Below are positions 50,064 through 64,000 of a DNA stretch of 64,000 nt, piece by piece. Position 1 is the stretch's first letter; every line of letters begins with the position of its first letter. This DNA is from Parasitella parasitica NRRL 2501 (Eukaryota; Fungi; Mucoromycota), in NCBI GenBank assembly GCA_025201805.1, contig MU619336.1:58925-122924 (forward strand). The letters are read 5' to 3'. The notes under the pieces were generated by a model, which saw only the letters and a list, made by a program, of their open reading frames with translations, was not told the origin of the DNA and ran no database searches. The translations under genes were made by a program, and so were the position numbers.

Positions 50064-51790
50064 ATGATCCATTTAAAAAATAGCGCAATCCTTAGCAAGC
50101 AAGTCCAGAAACGCTTGGCTCTTGCAACAAAGCGACCATTCAGCAATGCACAGAACTATGATGCGCTCGTCTTGAACGCTTATACGAACAAAGGCAAAGT
50201 CAGTTTAGCTGCCAACAAGGACATCTCGCAAAAGACAAAGCAGCTTATTGAGGAGCAGCTTCAAGTTTCAAATTTCAAAAAAGCAGGAGATGTTCGCACC
50301 CTGTACAACGTGGGTGGCGTAAAGCAAGTGGCCGTTGTTTCTGTTGGTAAGGAATCTGCAGTGCAAAAGGATGAGCAGGAAGCTGCCCGTAGAGCTGTAA
50401 GTCGGATTTGAACAATACGCACCACAACAATGGCTGATTCCTGCGTTTAATAGACTGCACTTGGGTTGCAAGCATTGAAGCCTCAAGGTGCTAAAAACAT
50501 TGGCATTGACATATCTGTCAGTGCACATGGAGCTGGCGAGGGCTCTGTACTGAGCCAATTCTCGTTTGATAAACTGAAATCAAAGAAAGCAGCCGAAAAG
50601 GAGGAACAGGATATCCAAGTTGGCCCCTTCTCGGAAAGCAACAACAACCAAGAATTAACATGGCAAAGCGGCCAAATCTACGGAGCCTCTCAAAACGTGG
50701 CACGCATGTTGATGACTTCTCCAGCCAACCTGATGACTCCAAAACTGTTCTCCGAAGAGGTTGCTTATCTCTTAGCTGGACTGGAAAACGTGGAAGTGAT
50801 TGTGCGAGATGAAGAATGGGCGGCAAGACAAAGCATGAATGCGTTCTTGTCTGTGGCTAAAGGAAGTGCAGAGCCGCTGAGATTCTTAGAGATTCACTAC
50901 AAGGGCGGAAAGAAAGGCGACGCAGTGCATGGTTTAGTGGGAAAAGGTGTTACGTTTGATGCTGGTGGTATTTCGTTGAAGCCGTCCAACAATATGGCCC
51001 TGATGAAGGGGGACATGGGCGGTGCTGCTACTGTAGCTGGCGCTTTATATGGTATCTGCAAGCTGCAGTTGCCTGTTAACGTTGTTGCCGTGACACCACT
51101 CTGTGAAAATATGCCTTCAGGTACAGCAACCAAGCCAGGCGATGTTATCAAGGCCATGAATGGCAAATCTATCGAGGTTCTGGACACGGACGCTGAAGGG
51201 AGATTGATTCTAGTAGGTGAACAGAGATGATGAAAAGTCGTGGAATACTGACTTGGATGTATTAGGCCGATGCGTTGTACTATGTTAGTTCCAAATATAG
51301 CCCGGAGAGTTTGATTGATCTTGCTACATTGACAGGCGCGATGGACGTGGCTCTTGGTGATGTATTTGCCGGCGTATTCACCAATTCGAATAAATTGTGG
51401 CACAATTTGGAAAAGGCGGGCAAAGTGACAGCAGATCCTTTCTGGAGAATGCCACTAAATGACGGATATCTGAAAGAAATGCAAGATTCAGCAGTAGCTG
51501 ATTTAAATAATCTCGGTAAGGGCAGATCAGGTGGTGCCTGCTCAGCTGCTTCGTTTTTAAAGGAGTTTGTGTCTGGGCTTGAGGATAACCAGAACAAGAT
51601 TGACTGGGCACACATTGATATTGCCGGTGTGATGGATAGCCAGGGCACGGACGGATATCATATCAAGGGCATGAGCGGTAAGAGGATGAGCACTAGCACA
51701 AATTGAGCAATCTCGGTACTAACAGCATGACTTTCTTTAGGTCGTCCCACAAGATCTTTAATTGAATATGTGCGTGGTCTTTCTAAATAA
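50064..51790 (+). CDS. Leucyl aminopeptidase, family M17, 4 exons; possible mitochondrial presequence
   Basis: VGKGVTFDAGGISLKP, MKGDMGGAA, DTDAEGRLILAD, DLATLTGA, WAHIDIAG; basic N-terminus lacking acidic residues. Confidence 0.95.
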
Positions 51791-52158
51791 ATAAATAACC
51801 TATAGACGCATGACAAAATAGGTACAGTATGGCTTTAGTCACGTGTGGGTGTTTATAATTGAAGGGGCTCATGTCATGGTTTTAGTGGGGAACCACCACC
51901 TTTTTGTGAAAATACACACAGGAACACACTTTGGAGTTTATATTTCTTTCTCTTTTCTTTTTCTCCAAAAAAAAAAAAAAAAAAAAAAAACCAGGAGGGT
52001 TAGGGTCTACTTTTATTCTTCTTTTTGTTATTATTATACATCTGCATCTCTCTTTCTTTTTCTCTTTCTCTTTTTTCTCTCTCTCTTTTATCACAACAAT
52101 CCTCCATCAAATTTTTTTTGTTTAAACTTGAACGAAAAAAAAAAAAAAAACATACAAA

Positions 52159-53388
52159 ATGTTACCCATAACATTTGACTTGGCAAAATATCCAACAGTC
52201 GATACTATTCGGCTACTGGCATCTTTATTGGAAAGAATGACGCTCGCTAACGATCTACTGAATAAACAACCTCAACAGCAGCGCCGTGCTTCTTTACAGC
52301 AACAACAGCAGCAGCAACCACAGCAACAGCAAGCACCGGCCTACACCCGGTTTCATGCCAGATTAGTGCCTTCCATCGATATCTATTCCTACTTGTCTAG
52401 AATATTAAAGTACTGCCCCTGTTCAAATGAATGTTTTTTGAGCTTACTGGTATACTTTGATCGCATGTCCAAAAATTCGCTGGCGTTGACTGGGACACCA
52501 TTTACTATTGATTCTTTCAATATTCATCGACTTATCATTGCTGGTGTTATGGTATCCAGCAAGTTTTTCAGTGACGTGTTTTATACCAATACTCGATATG
52601 CAAAGGTAAAGCGAAAAGGGGAGGGGGGGGGGAAGAGGGAGGAAAGGGGAGGAGAATATTGACTGATCGATATATTGATTTAGGTTGGCGGGTTACCGGT
52701 CAGTGAACTAAACAATCTTGAACTGGAGTTTCTTAAATTGAATGGCTTTAACCTGACCGTTCCTATCAGTGAGTTGCAAAAGTATGGCGACCAGTTGTTG
52801 AAGGTTGGCTATATGACTCAAGTCAAATCAGCCGGTTTTCGCCATACTCGCTCTAGTTCATTAGATCAAACAAGAGATATTGAACGAGTCTGTGATTTAA
52901 CCCAAAGAATGTCGTTTGATGAACAGCAATACCACCAGCCTTATCATCCACATCACTCTCAGCAACAACACCAATATCAGCAGCAGCGTTTCTATAACAA
53001 CAGCAACAATAGCAGCAAACGACAACCAAATCAAGTTCGTCGTATGACCAGTGCCAACAGCTTGAAAGACAATAACAGTCGATTTAACTATGAGCAGCCA
53101 CGACATTCTCGATCGAGTGTGAATTTGCATCAAGTTTGGAAACCAAGTAGTCCACTTCCTCAGGAAGAAGGCAAGAACCGACGATTGTCATTAACTTCTA
53201 TTCATGCTCCACCCTTCATACCTAGCAGTGAGCTGCAACAACCTCAGCCGCACCAGCAGCATTTGCAACAACATCAACAGTTGCAACATCAGGGCCAAAT
53301 TTACTATTACCCACCCATGGGAATACCTACACCGCCGCCTTCTGCTTCCCCGGTTCACCATCAATCGACATCGTCCTACTACTTGTAA
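52159..53388 (+). CDS. Pho80/Pcl6-7-like cyclin (Pho85 partner) with Gln/His-rich tail, 2 exons
   Basis: FHARLVPSIDIYSYLSRILKYCP, NIHRLIIAGVMVSSKFFSDVFYTNTRYAK|VGGLPVSELNNLELEFL. Confidence 0.93.
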
Positions 53389-54115
53389 TAGTAAATTGAC
53401 CCAGAAAGACAGATGCACATTATATATCTCATTATTCTATTGCACACTACAACCATATATATATCATACACACATACAAACTTACACAGCAAAAAACAAA
53501 CAGCCTTTTTGTATATATCTATCATAATTATCACAAGTATTTTATTTAATAGCATCTTTCTTTTCTTGATCTGTCTTTTTCTGTCTTCCTTATCCTACTA
53601 ACCATACTACTACCATTATTATTATTAACATATTATTATTTAACTATATATCTTTTTTTCCTTCTTCCTCTATGAAAATAAACAAAACATAAAAAAAAAA
53701 TACATCTTGTGCTACCTCGTTACTAGTGAGGATGGTAGCTTTTTTTTGTGAGGTTTGTACTAGTTGATTTATGTGCCTTGATTTTTTCCTATATTTTTTT
53801 TTCTGGGTGTTCTACTAGTTGACAAAATTGATTCTTATAGTATGTTTGTACTAGAGAAGCAAAGGGACCGGGAGAGAGGGGCAGGGACACATTAAAAAAA
53901 TTTACTTGATTGTTGCAACGAAAAAAAAAAACTAATATAAAAGATTTAATACATGTAACCTTGGCCAAATCTTTTGGCTCTTGATACACGAGCAAGTCTA
54001 TATATTTTTAATGCTACACAGAAAAAACCAGTAATATTAGAGTGTTCATATCTTTAACCTGAAGAAAAAACCTCTTCTTATCATTTTTCTCTTTCTATCA
54101 TTATAATTGAAAAAG

Positions 54116-55291
54116 ATGGGGCCAAGATCAAGAAAAAATCATGTTTCGCATTTCAATGTGATGGTTGTTGGCTTCTCAGGGGTTGGCAAGACATCTTTTG
54201 TCAGAACATTGCTAGAAACCTTGTCCCTGGACCAAGCTAATGCGGCCGCCAATACTAACAAAAAGAGACGTGATTCATTTATGAGCGAGAATTCGTCAGT
54301 TGTGGTTCAGGAACAACTGCAAGGCCCTATTGAGAGAACGACGCAGCCGTATACCATTTCAAGAGAAATCGAAATAGAAAAAAAGGAACGCATTATATTG
54401 ACCATCATAGACACGCCTGGTTTCGGCGCTGAATATCTAGTCGATAAGCAGCTGTACGATATTACAAAATACATTGAGCATCAATTTGATTTGACTCTAC
54501 AAGAAGTATGCGTTATACATTAACATATAGCGGATTGAATCATAATAACCTCCTTTTTTTCATACAAATGTAAAATGTAGGAATCAAAAGTGAAACGTAA
54601 CCCAAAGGCCGTGGACACGCAGGTCCATTGTTGTTTATACTTTATCGACCCCAGGAAACCAGCACTCGATGAATTCGATATTCGTATTTTGAAGCGACTC
54701 TCAAATCGTGCCAATGTGATTCCCATCATTGGAAAAGCAGACAATCTCACCTTGGCACAAAGAAACCGCTTGAAGCCTTCCATCATCAAAGACATTTATA
54801 CTACCCATAAAATCCCCATATACGGTATGCCAGACGAGGAACAAGACGAGGAGGAAGAGATGGACGATGAAGGGAAGAGCGATAATGACAAGAAAGGGGA
54901 AAAACCTACAACACTCGATCAATTTCTACTGCAATTTGATTATGAAAACGAGGATGCCGACACTCAGTCAATCTTGAGTTACTTGCATACTGTTCCTTTC
55001 ACAGTGATTGCCTACGAAGACGATCCAGAAACCGGCAGCCCTATCGATATTAGTCCAGATATCAAGCTGGGCCGTGATTTCGGGTGGGGCTTCATTGATT
55101 GCTTGGGTGAAAAGTACAGTGATTTCGTCAAGCTCAAGTACATGCTTTTGTCTTCTCATCGTCGTTATCTACAGCTGGATACTGTGGAGAGATACTATGA
55201 GCAATACCGCACTGAAAGGCTGATGCATAAGAGAGTTACAAAGATTGCAATGGCTGCTCCACCTGCTACAGCTTTTTCTTCTTCTACATAG
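54116..55291 (+). CDS. Septin, 2 exons
   Basis: FNVMVVGFSGVGKTSF (G1), DTPGFG (G3), VHCCLYFI, IGKAD (G4), PFTVI and septin unique element GRDFGWG..SDFVKLK. Confidence 0.93.
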
Positions 55292-55792
55292 TATACCTTT
55301 GGATCTTACATTTTTGAAATAAATTATTGCTTGCTGGTAATGTCTTGATGCATCATGTACGAACTGAGACTGTAGCTATTTTCTGTTGTCTTGCTGTCGC
55401 ACAAAATATAAACAAGCATCCCGACTTGAAAAACACTAGGGGGGGAGGATGTGAAATTTGGTGATAAACAATGCGCCATCTTTGGTATTGATTTTGAAGT
55501 CATGAGATTCCTAGTACTTTGATCACATTGATGTGTCTTTAATTATAAAATGTTTTTCATCATGGCCTATAAAAGAGACCCCCCTCGATTTCACACTGTC
55601 AATCAGTGACAAAGAGATCTAAGCTTTTAGCGCCTTTTAGAATAGTGTCTCGAACATGCTGTCTTACCTTAGAGGGGAAGCTGCGAATATGCATCATTAG
55701 TCGTTGTTGACTGGGATTTAAACAAGCAAAAAATTTTGGAACGTGCCAAAAGATCTTGAGAAAGCAGGTTGTTTCAACATTTATACAACAAA

Positions 55793-56527
55793 ATGCAGAC
55801 TACAGAGCTATTTGGTGGTGCTATCGTGGCTCCAGTCTTTGACTCATTTTCGGATGCAAGGTTTGTATATATGGTTGTGTGACAAGTGGTCCTACTCACG
55901 CAGTCATCTAGTCAATTCCGTCAAGTACCAGACAATCAGGAAGTTTTCGTTGACTCGAACACGCAGCAAAGTTTGATTTATGAGCTCTTGGAGCAGGTTG
56001 AAGCACAAAACGAACAGGTAGCCCAGTAAGCACGCACAAAATGAGGAATTTATTAGAGAATTAGAGTAGTAACCGTTGTGTAGACATCATTTTCAACAAC
56101 TAGCTGATGATAACGATGCTAAAGAATGCAAGATAATCTCAATGGAGGTTCTATGCCCCCAAAACGTATCGCCTCATCTACCGTAAGCATGAATCAGCCA
56201 TAACGCTCGTACTTTATCTGACATCTTGCCTCATTTCACAGCCAAGATACGACCGAGATATATGCTGTGCAAGGCGAACAAAAGGTTGCAAAGTTTAACG
56301 AAGCCGACGCATTCAATACAGTAGAGATTGTTCTGGTCGTTGTGCGATTGACCAACGTTAAAGCTGATTTTGTCATTTCCATAAATGCACCAGCCAAATT
56401 GGCACAAGCCAGCAGTGAGCAAAAATCAGTCAATTATGCAAGTGCTGTTACTATTGACACTGTCAAACAAGAAATGCTGGCTATTTTGAAAGGTTTACAA
56501 GTTAGGGATTGGAGCCTTTTCCAATAA
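55793..56527 (+). CDS. MOG1: Mog1 (Ran guanine-nucleotide release factor), 4 exons
   Basis: MQTTELFGGAI, DAS|QFRQVPDNQEVFVD, SLIYELLE, HFQQLADDNDA, QKVAKFNE, DWSLF. Confidence 0.9.
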
Positions 56528-56602
56528 AGGCGATTTTTTTTTATAAATATATCGTAAATAGTAGTAAAGGCGTTGCCATATAGATGGAGGGGGGGGGGAG
56601 GT

Positions 56603-57848
56603 TTAAGTGTGTCTTCTATGCAAGTCTGTTTCATCACGAAGCAGAGCTGAACAGACTGAGCTCACACTGGAAGTGGCTGCGATGATTTCCTTGTAATCGA
56701 CATGATAAAGTTTCGGTGGTAAACCTTTCCCAAACTTTTCGTTTACATGATTCGAACACAATAAGGCTGAAAATAACACCAAAATATGCACTGGAATCAT
56801 GCTGAAAGCCACAGTCCATGTAATCCTCAATGCTTCAACTGTCAAGCTTTGGTATTTGTATTTGCACCCAGGATACAGTGTTCGAGGGTAGCATTTGTTG
56901 GAGCGTTCATGGTAATCAGAGAAGGTTTTATAGCCGCAACAGCGTAAATTTGCCTGGAGATTTGCTCTCCCTGACGAGTCCAGTGTATAATGCCATTGGT
57001 AGGACAATTTTCCCTGTTTTTCTCCATGTCAATAATACAATAGCACTCGGCCCTTCATATTGCAAACATACCTCAATGTTCCATTTGCTTTTTCTGTAAG
57101 CCGTATATCCGATAGCAGCAATCAAGCCCAAACACGGCCACATGAAAAGATTGTATACCGCCAAAAGAGGTCGATTGTTAAGTATTATAGCTGCAAATCC
57201 TATCAAAGAAGTCAAGAGGCAAATAACACCTGCTGCTGTAACCACTATGCGTATACATTAGTATTGACAAAGCGTGCAATGTGCCCAAGCATACAACTCA
57301 CAGTTGACAAGTGTTTGTTGCCCAATCAGAAAAACCAAGGCATTCTGGTAGACTATAAACCACGTTACACATGTATGAGTTCTCGACTTCAGCTTTTGAC
57401 AGATAAACCTTCCCCCCCCCACCAAGAACTTACGTCTAAAATATGTACATAGTCCCAAAATAAGTGTAATAAGACCGTAGGCAAAAAGCTATGTATTTCA
57501 CAGCTTAGTAACCACAAGTAGGCCATTCAATAAAATAAACTGCGCACTTACTAGTGAATTCATGAGGATAAGCCATATTTTGTGTCCTGTCCAACGACGC
57601 CATTGTTTGACAGGGATACTAGGAGAACCCTCAGGCACATGTCTCTTCATGATGTGTAGATCCGAACTCGTACTGGATGTCAGTGATATATTGTTATGTC
57701 TCATCCATGGCAAATGAGGTCTGATAAGAGCATTGTCGTTCCATGTTACTACACTACTGTTTGAAGAAGGATGTGATCCTGTTGAGTTGAAGGATTTCGA
57801 CGATGCCGTTGAAGATACAGACGGATTTAGCGCAATGGATCTGTTCAT
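56603..57848 (-). CDS. Tetraspanin (fungal Tsp2-like), spliced
   Basis: Four hydrophobic segments; EC2 LQANLRCCGY, CYPRTLYPGCK; ALLCSNHV..FGKGL.PK.Y. Confidence 0.85.
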
Positions 57849-58388
57849 CTATAGTATTTTAAGACGTAAAGAAAGGAGAAACGTGCCCGGGTTAATTGAC
57901 ATTTATTATAGACACTAAAACTTGTCAGTTTCAAACAGTCTAATGTGTGTACTAAGCTTTTAGTTTAAATATTTCTAGCATTCATATCCTTAATGCAAAT
58001 GCAAAAGCCTTTCTAAGCTGTAGAAAAAGGTGCACAAATTTGGTGCACCTTTAGGCATTGGTTACTTGGCGGATGCTAGCTCCAAAATGAAAGATGATAC
58101 TACAGTATATCACTTTATCGTATCGATTCATTGCAATACACGGTCAATTTCAACATTGAAGCATCTCTTCGATCTACAAATTGAAATGGCGAAAAACCTC
58201 AACTCTGGTGTTGATTCGGCATCTTTCAAACAGGTGTCTTGCGAATTTAAAGAGCAAACCCCTATATTCAATTTATACAATCCAGCACATGTTCATCATA
58301 TCTGCAAAGCGAAAGACTCTTTGTTTAAATACTCAAATCCAGTAGGATATGCCAGCTAATGCGCATAAGAGCCTTGAATACCAGATGA

Positions 58389-60526
58389 ATGACTATTTGT
58401 TGTTACGGATTTCTGTATGACCATCTGTGCTGCCTTCATGTGGCTTTGTATTCCTTGATACGGTATTATAGTCTTGAATACAATACAAGGCTTATTAATT
58501 CTTCTTTCTCTCCCTTCCTCTTCCTTTGTCCCCGCATATCGCAGCATGTTCTTTTCGTATATATCAAGGCTTGTAAGATAACAAAAGTATAGGTTAAAAG
58601 GGAGTGTTTGCAAGATCTCAAACTGATACATCCTTTTGCGTAGTTTAAACAGCTGTCCAAGTCTCGATGGATCCAGGTGTACTTTGCATTAGTGATAGTA
58701 CAAACGCTGTTGTCAATACCTGTTCTCATAAAGACGCTAGTGAATACAGAGGACGTAATGCAGAATACAAACCACACCCAAGACGACTTGTCACTGCCAG
58801 ACGATCGAAATGCGATTTTTGGAAACTATCTTACTGCCAAAGGCTACAAGATCATCTATGAAAATGTCTTATTTATAGCTTTTGAGATATGGCGGTTATG
58901 GACTTTGACTGACGGTGTATGTGAATTTGCCTATATACATTGCTCCTACTTTATTGATTGATTGCTTGTTTAGATTGTGCATTTGAATTCTCTGACCATT
59001 CTTGCTTCTGCCTGGTTTTCAGTATTTTCCAGTGTCTTCAATGTGTTGGTATGTATGCGCACACGGAACAACATGCACTGCCTATGTATTTACTGAATTA
59101 ACGCCCTTCAAAGCTCGTCATTGAATCTAACAAATGGATTACTAGTAAATTTGAAGTGCTGAAGGTGGAAAACAAGAACCTCCAAATTGCTCTAAGTACT
59201 ACGCTGTTCCTTTTATCTGTGCCTGTCATAATATCTGCATATAAAACCGCCAAAATCATCGGCTGGCAAGTATACAAAAAGATTGGCAGCAGTATTGAGC
59301 TTCAGAGTAAGTCAAGAGCAGTAGTGATTTATAATACTTTCAAATTAACGACCAGTAGATATGTACCAAAATGTCCAGTGGTTTGCGCTATGGCTCAAGA
59401 TTGACATTTATTTCGAGATTGTCCTGTTGATCTTCACAACCGTTGTTTCCAAAAGACTTGGTTTTCAGATCATCTGCATCATAATGACTATTTTAGTATC
59501 CGTTTCATTGATATTTGCGAGGTTTGCAATTACAAGGGAGAGTAACTGGATGATGTTTGCATTTCTGTTCCTGCAGGTGATGTTACTGGTCTGCAACATC
59601 TATAGTCTTGTTGGTTTGTTCGAGTATTCGGCTGTGGATCTCTGGTTTACCGGCATCGTTTATGGTAACTATTCAAGCATCGGCTGTCGTCCAATCTTTT
59701 TAATGTCTTTTCTTTCACCATAGAATTTGCATCCAGTATCTGCATAATAGTAATAATGCACAGAAAAAAGATTGTTATCAGCATATTTGTAACTAATCTA
59801 TAAATAGATTACCGTGTATATGGCCATCAGATGTCAAATCAATTTTGGTAAAGGCCTTAAGCCGTTTGGTAAGCTTTTTCATATATCACACAGCTTTACA
59901 TAGATGTGTATTTTATTTATATACATGTATTTATAGTTTTCTGGATTCCGTTCCAAGGGACTGCAAAGTTCATTGAGGAGCCACCACATTACGCTATAGA
60001 GGCTGGCTTACTAGGCGTAAAGGGCAGTAACGATCGCATGCCCATTGATGACGAAGATGATGATTTCTACAATGAGTCTACATTAACGGAAACTAGAAAA
60101 GCACTTGTGCTTGACGACAAATCAACTCAAATTCTTCGCAAGTCGATGGAACAAGTTGACAATCTCAAGATGGAGAAATATTATGCGAGCAACATGATAC
60201 CAGACGCGATCAAACTTAAATCAGACGCATCAACCCAGCCTGCAAGGATGGCGATGAAACCCGTGCCAAAGAATGCCACAGTTACAACCGTTACTACAAC
60301 TATTAATAGGAGCAAACCGTGGCGAAGCGAAATTTCTCCGGTACCTGACAACAATTCAGAAACACTCTCTACAATAGTTCTAGATCCAGGAACATCTGAG
60401 CCTACCATCATGAGGCGAGTGGTGCATCCTATCTTAAGCCCAACAACGCCAAATTCATCCACGACAACAACAATTACCAAGGCGACCTCAACCACAACTA
60501 TAACCGCAACTTCGATTTACCCTTAA
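58389..60526 (+). CDS. Multi-pass membrane protein, UPF0658 (Golgi apparatus membrane protein)-like, paralogue A; start uncertain
   Basis: IYENVLFIAFEIWRLW, IGWQVYKKIGSSIELQ, LKIDIYFE, ITRESNW, CQINFGKGLKPF; many short GT-AG introns; Thr-rich tail. Confidence 0.7.
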
Positions 60527-60835
60527 TTTGCTCGACCCTGAAAAACCTTGCATTGCATGTGTATCTGCAGTTTGCGCCACAATCTCTTTTTTTTTTTTTA
60601 TGTTTTTATTTGGAGCCCATGCTTTCTTTCTGCACGCAATAATAATAAAAAGGGGGGAGGGAGGCTGAATGAATTACCTTACTTGAACAGAATCGTATTG
60701 ATTGTTCATTCCACATATAAAATCATCTGATATGTTGTAGTGCATATAAAAGAATAAGAAATCACTCAGCCTTTTTGATGATTTACTTGACTTCTACTCT
60801 TTTGCTTCTTCTATTCTTTTTAATCTTGTTGAACA

Positions 60836-62427
60836 ATGATATTTTCTGTGTTGGTACGATCATATATTCAATAGATAATCACGTTCGTAGCAAATTATTC
60901 ATACTTTTAGCAATAGAAACGACGAGTCAAAAAGTCGAAATGGGGTATCCTTTTTCTGGCTTTAGCTGGTTTTCAAGTGGTTGTTGCATTGGGCTTCCTT
61001 ATCCCAGCCTTCATACATGTGAGGGAAATTCATGATGGCAATGGCCTCAATAACGACCTGGCAGACTATTCTGGAAAGTCATTCAAAGTGTCTGGAGAAT
61101 GTCTCATGTTCATAATCTTTGAACTTTGGCGGCTATGGCTGGCTATAGACGGCGTATGTCATAAACACAAATTTACTAATTTGCTCCCCCCCACTAAATC
61201 TAAACTTTAGGTAGTTCGACTAAATTCAAGGACAATATATGCCTCTGCGTCGTTCACTATATTATCTTTTTTGTTTAGCATCATGGTATATACATCAACG
61301 CACATAAGTATATATATGCAGCTGCTAACGTTTTTTATTTTGAACTAGTTAGTTGCAGAATCTGTCAATTGGATCAAAGTAATTAATAATAGCCGATCAG
61401 CAATAGAGCATCCAGAATACAACAACTTGCGTTTAATCAACCAACACCTACAGATCGCACTTTCTGTATCCATATTCTTGCTCATTTTCCCTACGTTTTG
61501 GGTTGCAAATCGAATCACAAAAGATTTTGGCTGGGACGTGTACAAAAAGATTGGTAGTAGTATCAAAATACAAGGCAAGTCTTGCACACATGTCTTGCAA
61601 ATAGTGCAAAAAGCCTAAACTATTTATTACGTGTGTAGAAATGTACATTGACTTGCAATGGCTATCATTAATGTTGAAAATTGACATATTTTTCGAATTT
61701 CTATCGTACCTCTTGCTTTTCGTATATCAAAAATTCAACACACCTTTTGAAATTGCTTCCAGGCTCTACATGTCACCAGACGATGGTCTCATCGTATTTA
61801 TCGTGCTATTACTACCTTCTTTTATTCTTTGCAGATTATCGATAGCAAGAGAAAGTCATTTTCTCATGAGCATTTTTATCTTTGTTCAAGTTGCCTTTTT
61901 AGCAAACACGATCGTTACTGCTGTGGTCACATTTGCCGTAGCTAGGGCATGGTATGCTTATATGATGTACAGTAAGTAATATAAGATTATTACAGGTATT
62001 GATCGCTGAATTCTAACTCTTATTTTTCTCTCTAGTTGCTGGAGTCTTGGTTGCAGCGATTGTAAGAAGAAAAACCAAAACAATTTGTTCTACGAATTAT
62101 TGTATATCAACTTTTTATATAAATATAGGCAACCATGGGTCTTGCTATCAAATGTCAATTGAATTTTAACAAGGGTCTCAAAGATCATGGTAAGCGGCTA
62201 TAATGCACTATAGTAATTATGCCATTAGTTAATTACTATAAATAGTTCAATGGCACCCTTGGAAGAGAAATCTTTCAATCAAAAGGAAATCAGTAAATTA
62301 CAATACTGTGCATGCAACAGAAGAGTATTTTGGCGCAAATGGCAGAAGAGATAGTATACCGATAGATGACGATGATTCCTCAATGCATATAGATATGCTT
62401 CCTGAACCACCAAGAACGAAGCCATGA
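60836..62427 (+). CDS. Multi-pass membrane protein, UPF0658-like, paralogue B (tandem duplicate)
   Basis: FIIFELWRLWLAIDG, FGWDVYKKIGSSIKIQ, LKIDIFFE, IARESH, CQLNFNKGLK; intron positions match paralogue A. Confidence 0.7.
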
Positions 62428-64000
62428 TAATTTGGATGCTATAATATGTGTATAACAAAAATTTGAATCGTTACATATAAACTGTAATCTTGACACATAA
62501 TTCATAGCGTATTTGCCGTGAAAGAGCAATATACTTTGCTACAGACATATCGTGGGTTAATTTTTGTGTTTAATAATGTGGTATCAATAACATTACATTA
62601 ATATATTAGAAATTAAACTTTTTGATTGAATCAAGCGAAGTCTTTATTTTGTTTTAATTCCTTCAAAATTTTGAGAACGTAACTGTATAGAAAGAAGAAC
62701 TTGAACTTTTTTCAAAGCTTTAATATCTTTTTCTTCCTTTGTGTTTTTTTTTACTTGATGTACGCATTTTTATAGAACCTTTGGTGGCTACTTAGTACTC
62801 TATAACATTGGTAATAGTGCATAATTAGTTACCGGACTATCGATAAATAGTACAACCAGAAATAAAATAGCACCTCAGTATATGCCAATAACAAACCTAA
62901 GCAAATGTTATTCTTCATCTCCCTAGATAATTTTAAGCTTTTAAGTCCTGTATAAGATTTGAGAATATATTGCACATAATCGATAACTGTCCGTAACAAG
63001 AACCTGCTATTTGACAGACGCCATTTCTCTCGATGCAATATTTTTATTCTGATTATCCGAATGAGGAATTATTCAAATAAAAAAGTTATGAATTAATCAG
63101 GTCGAGATCTCGTTTATTACATGAAAAAAATAATGGTTTATTATATACTAGTGAATCTAAGTAAACTAAAGGGGGGATCAGATATAAATGTGAGACATGG
63201 CATTATTGCATCCATATAAAGGCTACATATGTCATATCTAACTTAGTCATAATGCACGGATCATGATATTAATTGTTGGTAATTCTTTTACAAATAAGGA
63301 ATAAGCTACAAGTTGTAATTGGACCTCTTGCAAGGTTCCAGGCTTATTCAAAGAATACATCTAGATCAGATCGCGGGATGTCGGGAAGACATCCTACCCG
63401 ATTTTCTCTTTAATGTAAAATAGAAAGATAGGTCTGTCCTGGAAATGCTGTGATTTAATAAGGTTTGACACTTCTTGTCAAACATCAGATGTTATGTGGA
63501 TAAACATTGCTTGAGATATATTTTAGTATAAATAGAGATTATATCTTATGTCAATAAAAGTCTTTAGTTTTGTATCTAGTTTTATTCAGAAAAGTCTTTA
63601 TTACTTTATACAAACAGCATTCACATAACATTACGCTGCGCCCTTTGACACTAGCACAACAGGCATGATTTAGAGAATAGAACAATAGATTTTACCTATT
63701 ATCCATGAACATGTCCTGTTAAAATATAAATAAGGATCATAATCCATTGGGATATGTTCCTGAATTGAGTTCAGAATTAATTTTACTAGAGTTTAACTTC
63801 AGGTTGGAAAATTGACACATCGTTGCATATAATCAATGATAGGCTGCGATAAAGAGCAAATCAAAGCCTGTCTTATGCCCCATAAAAACAGGCATAATCA
63901 TCGCTATCTGAGCATAACTTGATTTCCATTGGGCAATGTCTCTATCAAAAGTTATGTGCAAAAACAATTTTATTTTTCAATATTTATCATAAATATTGAT

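Noticed and set aside
62500-64000. Possible degenerate coding or repeat sequence at the window end
   Set aside because: No sustained ORF or identifiable motif.

Overview
Eukaryotic, intron-rich, AT-rich fungal DNA. Gene content, short introns and repeat types point to an early-diverging (Mucorales-type) fungus; this is an inference, not a database result. About 21 host genes are supported: a group X-type hybrid histidine kinase (5' part), a stand-alone Nic96/Nup93 N-terminal protein, YCII protein, Dal5-family MFS permease, secreted Kre9/Knh1-like protein, bZIP factor with a putative TM segment, LRR protein, Ctk3, alpha-arrestin, cytochrome P450, inositol 5-phosphatase, SCAP, M17 leucyl aminopeptidase, Pho80-like cyclin, septin, Mog1, tetraspanin, two tandem UPF0658-like membrane proteins and two copies of an orphan gene. 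An accessory zone at about 6.7-19.3 kb holds a Helitron Pif1 helicase relic and an internally deleted LINE. The most striking structure is a ~3.2 kb cassette present twice in inverted orientation (6727-9945 and 33706-36907). It has sharp ends, no transposase and no TIRs. It carries an intronless ~550-aa orphan gene with LRR-like strands and a promoter packed with ACAATAA repeats. The two proteins differ in clustered amino-acid patches although the flanking non-coding DNA is almost identical. Exon boundaries were read by eye, and product names come from motif recognition only.
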